Shown one piece after another: positions 38,791 through 48,499 of a stretch of DNA of 64,000 bases. The DNA lies in NCBI GenBank assembly GCA_963588035.1, contig CAVAFY010000006.1, positions 1,975-65,974 of the forward strand. The letters run 5' to 3'. Source of the DNA: Alloprevotella sp. (GTDB lineage Bacteria > Actinomycetota > Coriobacteriia > Coriobacteriales > Eggerthellaceae). Each line of letters opens with the position of its first letter. Positions within the stretch are counted from its first letter, which is position 1. The notes beneath the pieces are model-generated. The model saw only the letters and a list, made by a program, of their open reading frames with translations, searched no databases and was not told the origin of the DNA. The position numbers and the translations under genes are program-made.

Positions 38791-39750
38791 ATGACAAACG
38801 CAATCCGCAACAGAAAAGTGGCTGTTATCGGGTGCGGCTTCGTTGGCTCAACGACCGCATACAGCCTTATGCAGAGCAGATTGTTCTCGGAAATGGTGCT
38901 GGTCGATATCGACGAACAGCGCGCCGAAGGCGAAGCGCTCGACATCAGCCATGGCATCCCTTACTACAGCCCGATGAATATCTATGCAGGTACTTATAAA
39001 GATGCCGCAAGCGCCTCTATCATCATCATCACCGCTGGCGCCAACCAGAAGCCCGGTGAAACCAGGCTCGATCTGGTGCAGAAGAACACCGAGATCTTCA
39101 AAGGAATCGTTCCAGCTATCATGGAACACGGTTTCGACGGCATTTTCCTGGTAGTGTCGAATCCTGTAGACATCCTTACCCAAGTGGTATTGAATCTCTC
39201 CGGCTTGCCGAAGGAACGGGTAATGGGTTCCGGCACTGTTCTCGATAGCTCCAGGCTGAAATACACGCTGGGGCGCATGCTCGATGTTGACCCGCGCCAC
39301 GTACATGCACGAATCATCGGCGAACACGGCGATAGCGAGCTTACGGTATGGAGCGGTGCAAACGTTTCCGGCATCCATATCGACGACTTCTTCAAACTAC
39401 GCGGCATTGAGGACTCCGCAAAGCTCCGCCAGGAAATTGAGGACAGCGTGCGCAACAGCGCTTACGAGATAATCAAGCGAAAGCACGCTACGTATTTCGG
39501 AATCGCACCTTCAGTGAAACGCATCTGCGAAGCCATCGTCCGAGACGAGAAGTCCGTTATGAACGTATCGAACTTCAGGGAAGATGTTCGTGGCGTGAAG
39601 AACGTCGTTATGAGCATGCCCGCTATCGTGGGAAGCTGCGGCGTGGAATTCCCTATCCCGTTGCACCTGAACCATGACGAGGCAGAACATCTGAAAGCTT
39701 CAGCCGAAACGCTGAAGAACACACTGTCCAGCATCAATACGGATCTGTAA
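38791..39750 (+). CDS. ldh: L-lactate dehydrogenase
   Basis: KVAVIGCGFVGSTTAYSL, ITAGANQKPGETRLDL, VSNPVD and IIGEHGDSE. Start set at ATG 38791 (MTNAIRNRK). The track ORF from 38485 is an upstream extension. Confidence 0.9.
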   Translation: MTNAIRNRKVAVIGCGFVGSTTAYSLMQSRLFSEMVLVDIDEQRAEGEALDISHGIPYYSPMNIYAGTYKDAASASIIIITAGANQKPGETRLDLVQKNTEIFKGIVPAIMEHGFDGIFLVVSNPVDILTQVVLNLSGLPKERVMGSGTVLDSSRLKYTLGRMLDVDPRHVHARIIGEHGDSELTVWSGANVSGIHIDDFFKLRGIEDSAKLRQEIEDSVRNSAYEIIKRKHATYFGIAPSVKRICEAIVRDEKSVMNVSNFREDVRGVKNVVMSMPAIVGSCGVEFPIPLHLNHDEAEHLKASAETLKNTLSSINTDL

Positions 39751-39766
39751 CACCAGTTCAACAAGC

Positions 39767-39804
39767 AAAAAGGAGGGCCGCTAATGCGGCCCTCCTTTTG
39801 TTTT
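39767..39804. terminator. bidirectional rho-independent terminator between ldh and the convergent M28-like gene
   Basis: AAAAAGGAGGGCCGC-taat-GCGGCCCTCCTTTT is a 14-bp stem. It is flanked by an A run and by TTTGTTTT. Confidence 0.85.
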
Positions 39805-39864
39805 CGCTCAATATCCAGCAGCGCCCGGTAGATTTCCTCTGAGCCCTACCTATCCAGCTACCTG

Positions 39865-42800
39865 CTAGAAGCTCTTCAGCAACGCCATGGTGAACTTCGC
39901 AGCATCATTCAACGCCTTCGAGTTCACGTTCTCTGCGATGTCGTTGTCTGCAGAGTACAGCGCGGTATTGCCATCGCCCATACCCGCAAGGGTAATGGCA
40001 TGAACACCACGGGCCATAGCAACCGACGCCGGCGTTTCACGTGAAACAATCTTGTCCACACTGTAGCGCACGCCCGACTTCTCCGCTGCCTGACGCAGCA
40101 CGCGCTTCAGACGGGAGGAGGCCTTGTGGGGACGATAGGCGCCTTCTTCCTCGATGCAAGACAGCGTGCCGGCGCCCAGCGCCTCGAGGTTGACGATGAT
40201 GGCACCACGAAGTTCATCAGCATGCTCGTCGAGGAATGCATTCATACCGGAATGCGAGTAATGCTCGGCACCCAGAGCAACAAACCATACCTCGGTGTCA
40301 ATATCAGGATGACGGAACTCCTGGAGCTTCTTGAGCTCATAGTTGATCTGCTCAGCAGTTTGGCTGTCTCCATCGATCCGAACAGCAGGATTCGTTTCCA
40401 TCAGACCATCGCCCTGCAGCTCAGGGGTTTCGGCAACAGGCTGCTGACCCTTCCGCAGGCGGTCAAGGGAGAACGCGCCGCCGTTCCAGTCGCGATTGTT
40501 GCGTGCAGATGCATTCTCATCGTAGAAATCCTGGTCTTCCTGGAAGCTCGACCAATCGCCACGGGCTTTACCGACACTGCGCGCATTGTAGTTCTCATCA
40601 ACGTCAACCCACTCGTTTACCGACGTTTCCTGTACACCCTTGTTCTTCTTCTTGCGGAAGCGACCGAACAAACGGCCAGCACGGGACTTCGGCATGTCAA
40701 CATAACCGGTACCCGCAAAGGCGCCGTTCTCGGTGTAATCCTCGTCGTAGGCAGAGTCATCAGCATCGTCGACATAGCGTTCTTCGGGAGCGATATCGGA
40801 AACAAGCTCGTCGCCAACCGGGGCAAACGACCCGGTGCCACCCACGGTAGAGAACGAACCAGTGGTGGAAACAGCCTGCTGAGAGCCAGTATTGCCCAAG
40901 GAAGGCAAATTCAAAGCAGGGCGATTGGATGCCTGATCGTATTGCCCAACTGAATCGATACCGGGAAGCATATTGGAGAGCAGGGATCGTGCGCCCGCCT
41001 GGGTGCTGCCAGCAGAATCCGCCATAGGAGCACGCTGGCGAAGGCCATCGTTGTTCGAAGCATGCGCGCTCGCTACCTCGGGCAGCACGATCACTTGCCG
41101 CTTCGGGGCGGCAGTCGGCGCGGTGGCAGCCGGTGCAGGAACCATTTCCTCCATACCGACAATCGGGGAAGCCACAGCTCCTACGTTTTGGCTCTCTACA
41201 TACTCATTCTCGGGGTAAGTCGTATCGTAGTCTGCGTACCCGTCGTTGCTATAGTCATCGACAACAGGCTCATTGGCGCCCATCATGGGAACAGCTGTCT
41301 GTTCAGGCATTTCATTTATACGACGAATAGGCACGAACCCTTCATCTTCGAACTCTTCGTTGTCGATGTACTGAGACACGTCCACCGGCTTGATTGCAGC
41401 GGTTTCGTTGGGAGCTGCAACCTCATCTACGATGTTTTCCTCGGGCGCAACGGACTCGTATGGCACATCTTCGACGTATTCATCCTGATAAGGCTGGTCG
41501 TAGTTGTCCGTTTCCTCGGAAGGTGCCTCTTCCTTATGCATGAACGAGGGTTTGCGCACCGATTTCAGTCGGGAAGCAAACATATTCTGCATGCGCTCGC
41601 CAGCCTGCTTGGTGCGCTCGAAGAACGAAGCTGCAGATGATACAGGCTGTTCCTGCTGCTCTTCAGCATCTTCGTACGGCATGGCATCGATGTACTCGGC
41701 CGCCTCGTCGTAGTCGGACTGACCGTACGGCTCGTCAGCATAGGCTGGTGATGCGGGAAGCTCACCCGTTGCGTCAAGCGAATCGGTAGCTTCCTCGATA
41801 ACACCCATCGGGGAAGTAGAGGAGGCAGACGGAACCTCAGCAGCTTCGTTCTGCTCATGAACGTCAAATGCCGCACGCTCGGCTTCGCGGGCTGCATGCA
41901 GATCTTCCGCTATGCGATGAATCTTATGCGGCTTGCTGGCGGTTTGGCGCACCGTAGGCTTCTTCGGAGCCTCGTTGCGCTCGGCAGAATGCTCAAGAAC
42001 TTCCTCGAGTACGTCCTGATCGATCGTGCGGGCATTCGCTGCCGCAACAGGTTCGGCAGGCGCAGCAGGCATGGGTATTGGCGCTGCTGCCGGTGCCTTC
42101 TCCATCAAGGGTTCAGCGCTAACCGCTGCTGGAGCATTGCCTGTTTCACGTGAAACAGGTGCAGCAGGGCGAGCGTTGTTTTCCACCTCTGCGACCGGTG
42201 CAGCCGCCGGCTGCTCGGCCGGCGAAACAGTGGATTCAGGCTCGTAAGCAACAACCTCAGGTTCGGCGGCGGCTTCGTTGGAGAAACGCGGCGCCCCGAC
42301 CGACTCGATCTCATCGCGAAGAGCGGTCAGCTTCGAAGAGAGATCGGCGTCAACAGAGGATTCCTGCGCAGCGTCGAACCCATAACGGTTCGATGAGTCG
42401 CTCGATGCCTGTTGCTCGGCAATCTGAGCGGCAACGGTATCGGCATATCGCGAGCGGCCAACCTTGGGCTCTGCCGTCTGGGGCTTGTTCGCGCGGGCTT
42501 TCTCACGCGCTGCCTTTGCCCACGAAGGGGTACCGCCGCTCGGCTTGGAGAAGGAATACGGATTGCTGCTGAGTGCTGCCGGGACGGAACGCTCGAATGG
42601 CTGGGCGGCGGCAGGCTCCGAGGCAGGAGCGGGAGCCTGTGCGGGAGCAGCGGGTGCCTCGGCGGCAACCTCCTCTGCAACCGGCTCGTTCGCAGGCTCA
42701 ACTTCCTCGGCTACCGCCGGCTCTTCATCGAGGGTGGCGGAAACCATTTCCCTGGTCAGATAGCTTGAGCGCGGCTTGCGCTGCTTTTGCTGTTGCGGGC

Positions 42801-43824
42801 TTTCCTCGAAATGAACGCTCGAAGCGGCAACCTCGTCTTCAGGCAGAAGACCGCCGCCCTTAACCAAACGGGAAGATATATCGGTAACGGGAACCTTGTC
42901 GGCAACCGGCTTGCCGGTAAGCGCAGCGATCGCAGCCTTTGCGGCAGCAAGGGATTCCTGCGGCGACATATTGTCCACCTCGTAGGATACCTCGGCGCCT
43001 TCCGGTACCAAACCAGCCGAACGGGCAGCCTCTTCGCCATGGACAACGCTGGCCTCATTCGCAGCCTGGTCCATCAGCTCTTCCTGGCTTACCAGGCCGT
43101 TGCCAACCTGGCGTGCAACCTCCAGCATCACCGATACGCCGGTTGCGTTGTTGTTGGCCGACTGATTGTAGGGCGCCATGATATGGAGCACCGAACGCAC
43201 AATGGGAAGGATGAACAGTACCGCGCAGATAACCAGGCAGAACGAGATAACGGAAGAAAGCGCGCCCGTATCGCCCGAGAACACGGTGGAGCGGAACAGA
43301 AGGAGAACAGCCGATACCGCCAAGGCCACGGCACTTGCCTTCTGAACGATAGGCAGGAACTGGATGAACGGCGGCTTTTCCTCTTGCAGCGCCTTCGCGC
43401 TGTCGTAATTGGCCACCAGGATTATCTTGCGGCGGCGCGGGGATGAACCCACCGAAGCGGGCTGATACTTCGCCACGACGTTTTGACTTGCGCCCGTCTT
43501 GAACAAACGCGAAAGAACAGGCTTGCCCATGATCTCCATGCCGAACAGCACAGCAGCGGCAATACCCAGAAGCATCCAAAGGAAACCGAGGCCGGGGGCT
43601 ACCAGGGAAAGCAGAACCGCCAGCAGGGCGGCGCCGAAGCAGATCAGATTGGGCAGCTGATCGTTGGCGGTGCATTGAAAGTCTTCGACAACCGTCGTGA
43701 ATCCTGCGTCTTTCTGCATCCGGTCGGCGATGTACAGCGCCGCCTTCTGCTCTTCTTCGGTACCGGCAGGATGAGGTCCAACTTCCTTCGTTAGATACTC
43801 AACGTCATCGATAATTTCAGCCAT
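39865..43824 (-). CDS. polytopic membrane protein with a split, degenerate M28-peptidase-like fold and about 900 aa of acidic low-complexity sequence
   Basis: The N-terminal segment VGPHPAGTEEEQKAALYIADRMQKDAGF and the C-terminal segment VWFVALGAEHYSHSGMNAFL..IIVNLEALGAG resemble M28 peptidases. Hydrophobic segments are inserted between them. Start set at ATG 43824 (MAEIIDDVEYL), which has AAAGGGG upstream. Confidence 0.7.
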   Translation of the reverse strand: MAEIIDDVEYLTKEVGPHPAGTEEEQKAALYIADRMQKDAGFTTVVEDFQCTANDQLPNLICFGAALLAVLLSLVAPGLGFLWMLLGIAAAVLFGMEIMGKPVLSRLFKTGASQNVVAKYQPASVGSSPRRRKIILVANYDSAKALQEEKPPFIQFLPIVQKASAVALAVSAVLLLFRSTVFSGDTGALSSVISFCLVICAVLFILPIVRSVLHIMAPYNQSANNNATGVSVMLEVARQVGNGLVSQEELMDQAANEASVVHGEEAARSAGLVPEGAEVSYEVDNMSPQESLAAAKAAIAALTGKPVADKVPVTDISSRLVKGGGLLPEDEVAASSVHFEESPQQQKQRKPRSSYLTREMVSATLDEEPAVAEEVEPANEPVAEEVAAEAPAAPAQAPAPASEPAAAQPFERSVPAALSSNPYSFSKPSGGTPSWAKAAREKARANKPQTAEPKVGRSRYADTVAAQIAEQQASSDSSNRYGFDAAQESSVDADLSSKLTALRDEIESVGAPRFSNEAAAEPEVVAYEPESTVSPAEQPAAAPVAEVENNARPAAPVSRETGNAPAAVSAEPLMEKAPAAAPIPMPAAPAEPVAAANARTIDQDVLEEVLEHSAERNEAPKKPTVRQTASKPHKIHRIAEDLHAAREAERAAFDVHEQNEAAEVPSASSTSPMGVIEEATDSLDATGELPASPAYADEPYGQSDYDEAAEYIDAMPYEDAEEQQEQPVSSAASFFERTKQAGERMQNMFASRLKSVRKPSFMHKEEAPSEETDNYDQPYQDEYVEDVPYESVAPEENIVDEVAAPNETAAIKPVDVSQYIDNEEFEDEGFVPIRRINEMPEQTAVPMMGANEPVVDDYSNDGYADYDTTYPENEYVESQNVGAVASPIVGMEEMVPAPAATAPTAAPKRQVIVLPEVASAHASNNDGLRQRAPMADSAGSTQAGARSLLSNMLPGIDSVGQYDQASNRPALNLPSLGNTGSQQAVSTTGSFSTVGGTGSFAPVGDELVSDIAPEERYVDDADDSAYDEDYTENGAFAGTGYVDMPKSRAGRLFGRFRKKKNKGVQETSVNEWVDVDENYNARSVGKARGDWSSFQEDQDFYDENASARNNRDWNGGAFSLDRLRKGQQPVAETPELQGDGLMETNPAVRIDGDSQTAEQINYELKKLQEFRHPDIDTEVWFVALGAEHYSHSGMNAFLDEHADELRGAIIVNLEALGAGTLSCIEEEGAYRPHKASSRLKRVLRQAAEKSGVRYSVDKIVSRETPASVAMARGVHAITLAGMGDGNTALYSADNDIAENVNSKALNDAAKFTMALLKSF
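40033..40048. promoter_or_regulatory. parS site, 15/16 match
   Basis: cGTTTCACGTGAAACA compared with consensus TGTTTCACGTGAAACA. Confidence 0.75.
42142..42157. promoter_or_regulatory. parS site, perfect 16/16
   Basis: TGTTTCACGTGAAACA, located inside the M28-like gene. Confidence 0.85.
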
Positions 43825-44039
43825 GAATAGCCCCTTTGTTATTTTCACGCGGCCGGCTTTTATCCGCCGCATGGATATATTCCAAATCAGTATACGTCAT
43901 TTGATCCGAACAGGCGGTTTGCCAACCTTTGGTTAGCCCAGCCGTCCAAGACCGCCGAACCGAATCAACATAAATGTGTCGACAGGGCCCTGCAGGCATC
44001 CACCGAGCCGAGAAGTCCCCAACCGTCGAACCCCGCAAC

Positions 44040-45413
44040 TCACTGGGCATCCCCCAAATACTCGCGCAGATAGGCATCGTTTGCGGCCGCGTCCGAGCGC
44101 AGGGATTCGTATTGCGAAGCAACGTCAGCCGTAGCTGCTGAATAGGCGTCTACCACCGGCTGGGCGAAGTTGCTCCCCAGCTTTTCAGCGATGGCAACCG
44201 CCTCTTGGTCTGCTGCGTTGTAGGCGTCGTTATGCTGCTCTGCCGTGCTTTTGTCCTGGATCAGGATCGCCTCGTTGGAGGCAAGGGCCTCGTCTGCCGC
44301 CAAAATCCTCTTCTGCAGGTACGCCAGAGAATCGTCCATATTCGCAGACGGGTAATAGCCCTTGGCAGACTCAACGCATTGCTGGGCAAGCATGAACTGG
44401 GCTTTCGCGGCCGTTGTGTACTCGGTCGACTTCGCTACGTTGTCATTAGTCGTGTCCGACACCACGTTGGCAGCTTGGAACAGAAGGGAATTCCCTTCTT
44501 TGATATGGTTTTCCGCTTCGTCCATAGCGTCGATGGCCTGCTTCGCCGCAATGTCCTGTTCCATACGGGATACCGCAAGGTCAAGCAGCTGCTTGCGCTT
44601 TGCTATCGCATTCAACGTGCGCTCGGCGGCCTCTTTGTCTCGCTGGGAACCCTCGAGCTCGTTTTCCGCTTTCTGCGCATACACCCTGGCAGACTCGAGC
44701 TTGTCCTTGGCATCGGGGATCCGATCGGTTAAGTCCTTTGCCGTGGATATCGTGTCGTCGTTGAAGGCGGTTTGGAAATATTTGTCTATCGCAACCGTGG
44801 TCTCATCGCTCTGGGCAATAAGGCTGCACGCTTCCTTTAGAACCCCCACGCTAGTACTGAGCTTCTCATACTGTTGGTAGGCCCAGTACCCGCCAACTCC
44901 CAAGCCGCCAAGGCAGATAAGCACCACCATGGCAAGGCTCAGCCTGCGTGCTTTACGGCGGCGACGTTGGCGCTTGAGAATCTCTTCCTGGGAATCCGCC
45001 GCAAGAAACGTGTTTTCCTTGCCCGTTTCCTCACTGTGCGCATGGGCAGCCTTGACCGAAGGCTTCTTCTTAGCTTCTTTCTTGGCCTTTCTCTTGGCCA
45101 CGTCACCGGACGAAGCCTGGCCGAAGCCGCGCTTGGATTTCCCACCTTGCGAAGCGGAAGGCTGAGAGCCGCGCGAAGTCGTAGTGCTCGTCTCTGCCGT
45201 AGACGGGCTTTCGTTCGGTATCTCCTGCGCATCCTCGCGGAAACGGAAGAAACGCCAGGAAGAGCCTTTCCCTTTCTCGTCCTGGGCAGCCGCTTTCTGC
45301 TCCAACACGTTGAAGGAGATCTCGTTGGGCTTGCCCTGGGAGAACTCCTTCAAGTGCAGGAACTGCTTTTCCTTACGGCCAAGGCCCTTCCCGTTTTGCT
45401 TGTTCTTCTTCAC
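44040..45413 (-). CDS. hypothetical single-pass membrane protein: basic low-complexity N-terminus, one TM, long helical/coiled-coil ectodomain
   Basis: TM segment is LSLAMVVLICLGGLGVGGYWAY. It follows RRRRKARR. The C-terminal 270 aa are rich in A/E/K/Q/L with a heptad-like pattern. No recognisable catalytic motif. Confidence 0.6.
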   Translation of the reverse strand: MKKNKQNGKGLGRKEKQFLHLKEFSQGKPNEISFNVLEQKAAAQDEKGKGSSWRFFRFREDAQEIPNESPSTAETSTTTSRGSQPSASQGGKSKRGFGQASSGDVAKRKAKKEAKKKPSVKAAHAHSEETGKENTFLAADSQEEILKRQRRRRKARRLSLAMVVLICLGGLGVGGYWAYQQYEKLSTSVGVLKEACSLIAQSDETTVAIDKYFQTAFNDDTISTAKDLTDRIPDAKDKLESARVYAQKAENELEGSQRDKEAAERTLNAIAKRKQLLDLAVSRMEQDIAAKQAIDAMDEAENHIKEGNSLLFQAANVVSDTTNDNVAKSTEYTTAAKAQFMLAQQCVESAKGYYPSANMDDSLAYLQKRILAADEALASNEAILIQDKSTAEQHNDAYNAADQEAVAIAEKLGSNFAQPVVDAYSAATADVASQYESLRSDAAANDAYLREYLGDAQ

Positions 45414-45422
45414 CGAGCAGGC

Positions 45423-48400
45423 CTACTTGCCGCCTGCGATGTTCTCTATGCGAGCCGCCTCGGCAACCTCCGCAACGATCTCGTCGCAGGTCAAGCACGA
45501 TATATTGCGGCTAGGCAGGGAATTCAGGAACTTCTTGCCATAGTATTTGGTAAGAAGGCGCCTATCCGCCAGCACCACGATGCCCTTGTCGGTCGACTTC
45601 CGGATAAGACGGCCAACCGCCTGCTTCACCTCGATAACAGACTGCGGCAGCGAATACTTCGCCCATGCCTGAGGGAACCGCTCTTCGCGTTCGCGGGAAA
45701 GCGGATCGGAGGGAAGCCCAAATGGCAGCTTGGGAATCACCACGCCCTTGAGCGTGGAGCCCGGAGCATCGAAGCCCTCCCAGAAGCTCTTCAACGCGAA
45801 CAGGCTCAGGTGCTCGTCCTTCAGGAAATCGTCACGCAGGCCCTTGATGGAAACGCCCCATTTCTGGCACACCAGCCGAAGATCGTTCTCCTTAAGAACC
45901 GGGTTCACTTCATCAAAGCACTTTTCCATCTCGCGACGGTTCGTGAACAACGTGAGCAGCGAGCCTTCGCGGGCAACGTGCAAATCGGCCAGGAACCTCT
46001 GGAGGGCAGGAAGATACGCCGGGCTCGAAGGCTCGGGCATGTCCGTGGGAACGTACACCTTCATATTCGCATCGAAGTTGAAGCTCGAATCGACTTTCAG
46101 CGTATCAGCCTGCGAATCTTCCCCTTCGTTGAAGCCGACCGCTTGCTCGAAGGCCTCGAACGATCCGTCGACCGCCAGGGTTGCAGACGCATAGATCACG
46201 CTGCGCGTTTCGGCGTACAGCGAGTCGTTGAGGGAAATGCCCACATCCAACGGCTGCACCGTGAATACCTCGTCCAGCTCGGCTTTCTTCCGGTTCATGC
46301 GGACGGAATGGACCTGATTGTCCTCACCACGGAAGAACACCGCTTCCAGCGATTCGTTCAGTTCGCGCAGCTCAAGGGCAACCAAAGCCAGCTCGCGCTG
46401 GGCGCTTGAGTTGTCGTCCATCTGCTCCGCGTAGGCAACGATGTCCCGGATAGCGCGGATAAGCTTCTCCAAGGTTTCCCGCAAAGACTGGGCGCGCCCA
46501 ACCACCGCACGATACGTTGAGCCTTGGCGTATATCGTCGTTCAGCCACAGATCGAAGTACTCGTATCCGCGGGAAGAATGCTTGGTGTCGTGCAGCAGCA
46601 GGTCCTTCGCGCCCAAGGAGAACTCTTCGGCGGCGATCGCGAACGCCCCGGCACAGGTTTGAGCCTTGGCAATGAGTGATTCGTACAGGCGCATGCCTTC
46701 TTCGGGCGCCTGAGCACTGCGCGATACGCGGGTAAGCACGTTGGAGGTAGCGCTTTCGCCGGCAACACGGCGGGCAAGGGCGCGCAGCGACTCCGAGGAA
46801 ACGGAAAGCGCCAAGGCGCGGCGGGCTTCCGCTTCGGCGCCATGGGCCTCGTCCACCGCCCAATAGCGGATAGGCGGCAGAAGGCCGCCATCGAAACGGA
46901 CATCCCAGAACAGAAGGCTATGGTTCGTCACCACCACATCGCAGCGCTGCGCCTCTTCGCGCGCACCGTGCACAAAGCAGCTGCGCCCGAAGAAGGGGCA
47001 CTTGTGGCGAAGGCACTCGGAGCTCTTCGTGGTGATCCGCCAACGGGGAATTGCCCGATAGTCGATTTTCAACGAATCCATGTCGTCGTAATCGCTCTGC
47101 TCCACGAAGGAAAGCAAACCCGCCAGCGCAGGAGCTTGGTTGATCTGCTGTTTCTTGTAGATGATGATCTCGGGGCCCTGCTTATCCAGCTGGTCCACCT
47201 TGCGCAGGCAAGGGTAATGGGTGAAGCCCTTCAAGGGGGCATAGGTGATGCCCATCGCTCCCGCCAGCAGCGGAAGCTCCTTGTTAACCAGCTGATCGAG
47301 CAAGGCGTTGGTCTTCGTGGCAACACCGACGGTGATCGAGTTCTTCTGCGCCGCGTAAGCCAGGGGAATCAGGTACGCCATGGATTTGCCGACACCCGTG
47401 CCGGCCTCTACCGCAAGGTTGCGCCCCTCGGTAAGGACACGATTCACGGCAAGCGCCATTTCCCGCTGCTCTTCGCGCGGCTCGTATTCGCTGTACAGGG
47501 AATCAAGGAGACCACCGGGGTTGAAGGCAGCCGCAATCTCTTCGTCCGAGGCGAATTCCAAAGGCTTGGGGGCTGCTGCCTCCCATTCCTCGCCGTTGTC
47601 GTAGGCCAACTCGACCGAAGCTGCCGGCGAATTCGCATCTACACGAACCGGCGCCGTGGCCTTGGCAACGGCAGCCCTGCGGGAAGAGCGAAGATTGTAC
47701 GACTCATCGCACGGGCGCAAAGCAGCGATGCGCTGGAAAACGGCAACGGTATTCCATGAGTCGACGTCGGACATCTGAGCGATGTGCGCAACCAACGGGG
47801 CGGGCATGCAGTCCACCGCCGCAAGAAGGATGCGGTACACGATGCAGGTAGCCGCAACGTCGTCGTCGGCACGATGAGTGGAATCGGGGCCGCCAAATGC
47901 GCGCACCAGATCGAGCAGACGATGGGACTTCAGGCGCGGAAGGGCGATCTTCGCCAGATCCAACGAGTCGAACCAGAGGTTCTGCTTCAGCGGTTCGCCC
48001 GCAGGGTACTTGGTGCAGAACGTGCGGTCGAAGTTGGCGTTATGGGCCACCACGTCGGATTCGCCCACGAACTCGACCAGACCCTTCACCGCAGTGTCGG
48101 CATCGGGGGCATCGGCAACGTCTTCGTTGCTGATATTCGTAAGGTGGGCCACATCGTCGGGAATCGGCTTGCCGGGGTTCACGAAGGTAACGTACCAACC
48201 GGTGATAACGCCCTTGCACATGCGCGCAGCGGCTATCTGGATAAGCTGGTCGTTCGTGAAGGAAAAGCCTGTGGTCTCCGTGTCGATGATGACCACATCC
48301 TCATCCAGCACGCCGAAATCGTGCGATTCAGCGTAGGAGCGCAACAAATGGTAGCGCTCGCGGATCCTGGAAGGGGTGTTTTCTACGATATAAGAGTCAA

Positions 48401-48434
48401 GCCGGCTGGCGGCTTCTTCGTTTTGAGTTTCCAT
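45423..48434 (-). CDS. dinG: bifunctional DnaQ-like 3'-5' exonuclease / DinG-family (XPD-like) helicase
   Basis: DEDD exonuclease motifs are VIIDTETTGF and HNANFDRTF. Helicase Walker A is AGTGVGKS. The DEAH box is VDEAHG. A four-Cys segment reads CLRHKCPFFGRSCF. Confidence 0.85.
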   Translation of the reverse strand: METQNEEAASRLDSYIVENTPSRIRERYHLLRSYAESHDFGVLDEDVVIIDTETTGFSFTNDQLIQIAAARMCKGVITGWYVTFVNPGKPIPDDVAHLTNISNEDVADAPDADTAVKGLVEFVGESDVVAHNANFDRTFCTKYPAGEPLKQNLWFDSLDLAKIALPRLKSHRLLDLVRAFGGPDSTHRADDDVAATCIVYRILLAAVDCMPAPLVAHIAQMSDVDSWNTVAVFQRIAALRPCDESYNLRSSRRAAVAKATAPVRVDANSPAASVELAYDNGEEWEAAAPKPLEFASDEEIAAAFNPGGLLDSLYSEYEPREEQREMALAVNRVLTEGRNLAVEAGTGVGKSMAYLIPLAYAAQKNSITVGVATKTNALLDQLVNKELPLLAGAMGITYAPLKGFTHYPCLRKVDQLDKQGPEIIIYKKQQINQAPALAGLLSFVEQSDYDDMDSLKIDYRAIPRWRITTKSSECLRHKCPFFGRSCFVHGAREEAQRCDVVVTNHSLLFWDVRFDGGLLPPIRYWAVDEAHGAEAEARRALALSVSSESLRALARRVAGESATSNVLTRVSRSAQAPEEGMRLYESLIAKAQTCAGAFAIAAEEFSLGAKDLLLHDTKHSSRGYEYFDLWLNDDIRQGSTYRAVVGRAQSLRETLEKLIRAIRDIVAYAEQMDDNSSAQRELALVALELRELNESLEAVFFRGEDNQVHSVRMNRKKAELDEVFTVQPLDVGISLNDSLYAETRSVIYASATLAVDGSFEAFEQAVGFNEGEDSQADTLKVDSSFNFDANMKVYVPTDMPEPSSPAYLPALQRFLADLHVAREGSLLTLFTNRREMEKCFDEVNPVLKENDLRLVCQKWGVSIKGLRDDFLKDEHLSLFALKSFWEGFDAPGSTLKGVVIPKLPFGLPSDPLSREREERFPQAWAKYSLPQSVIEVKQAVGRLIRKSTDKGIVVLADRRLLTKYYGKKFLNSLPSRNISCLTCDEIVAEVAEAARIENIAGGK

Positions 48435-48460
48435 GCAGTAAAGACTATCATTTACTGCAT
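48433..48460. promoter_or_regulatory. 28-bp palindrome with 10-bp arms in the dinG / hypothetical divergent promoter region (candidate operator)
   Basis: ATGCAGTAAA-gactatca-TTTACTGCAT. It overlaps the dinG start codon and a -10-like TAGTCT (minus strand, 48442-48447). Confidence 0.6.
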
Positions 48461-48499
48461 TCGCAAACCCCTTTATCCGCGCTACTCCTAGGAGAAAAT

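Noticed and set aside
40052-40060. Perfect actinobacterial-type DnaA box TTGTCCACA, 4 nt from the parS site at 40033
   Set aside because: It is a single isolated 9-mer inside a coding region about 18 kb from the origin and is most simply explained by chance. It may be worth a look if DnaA ChIP data exist.
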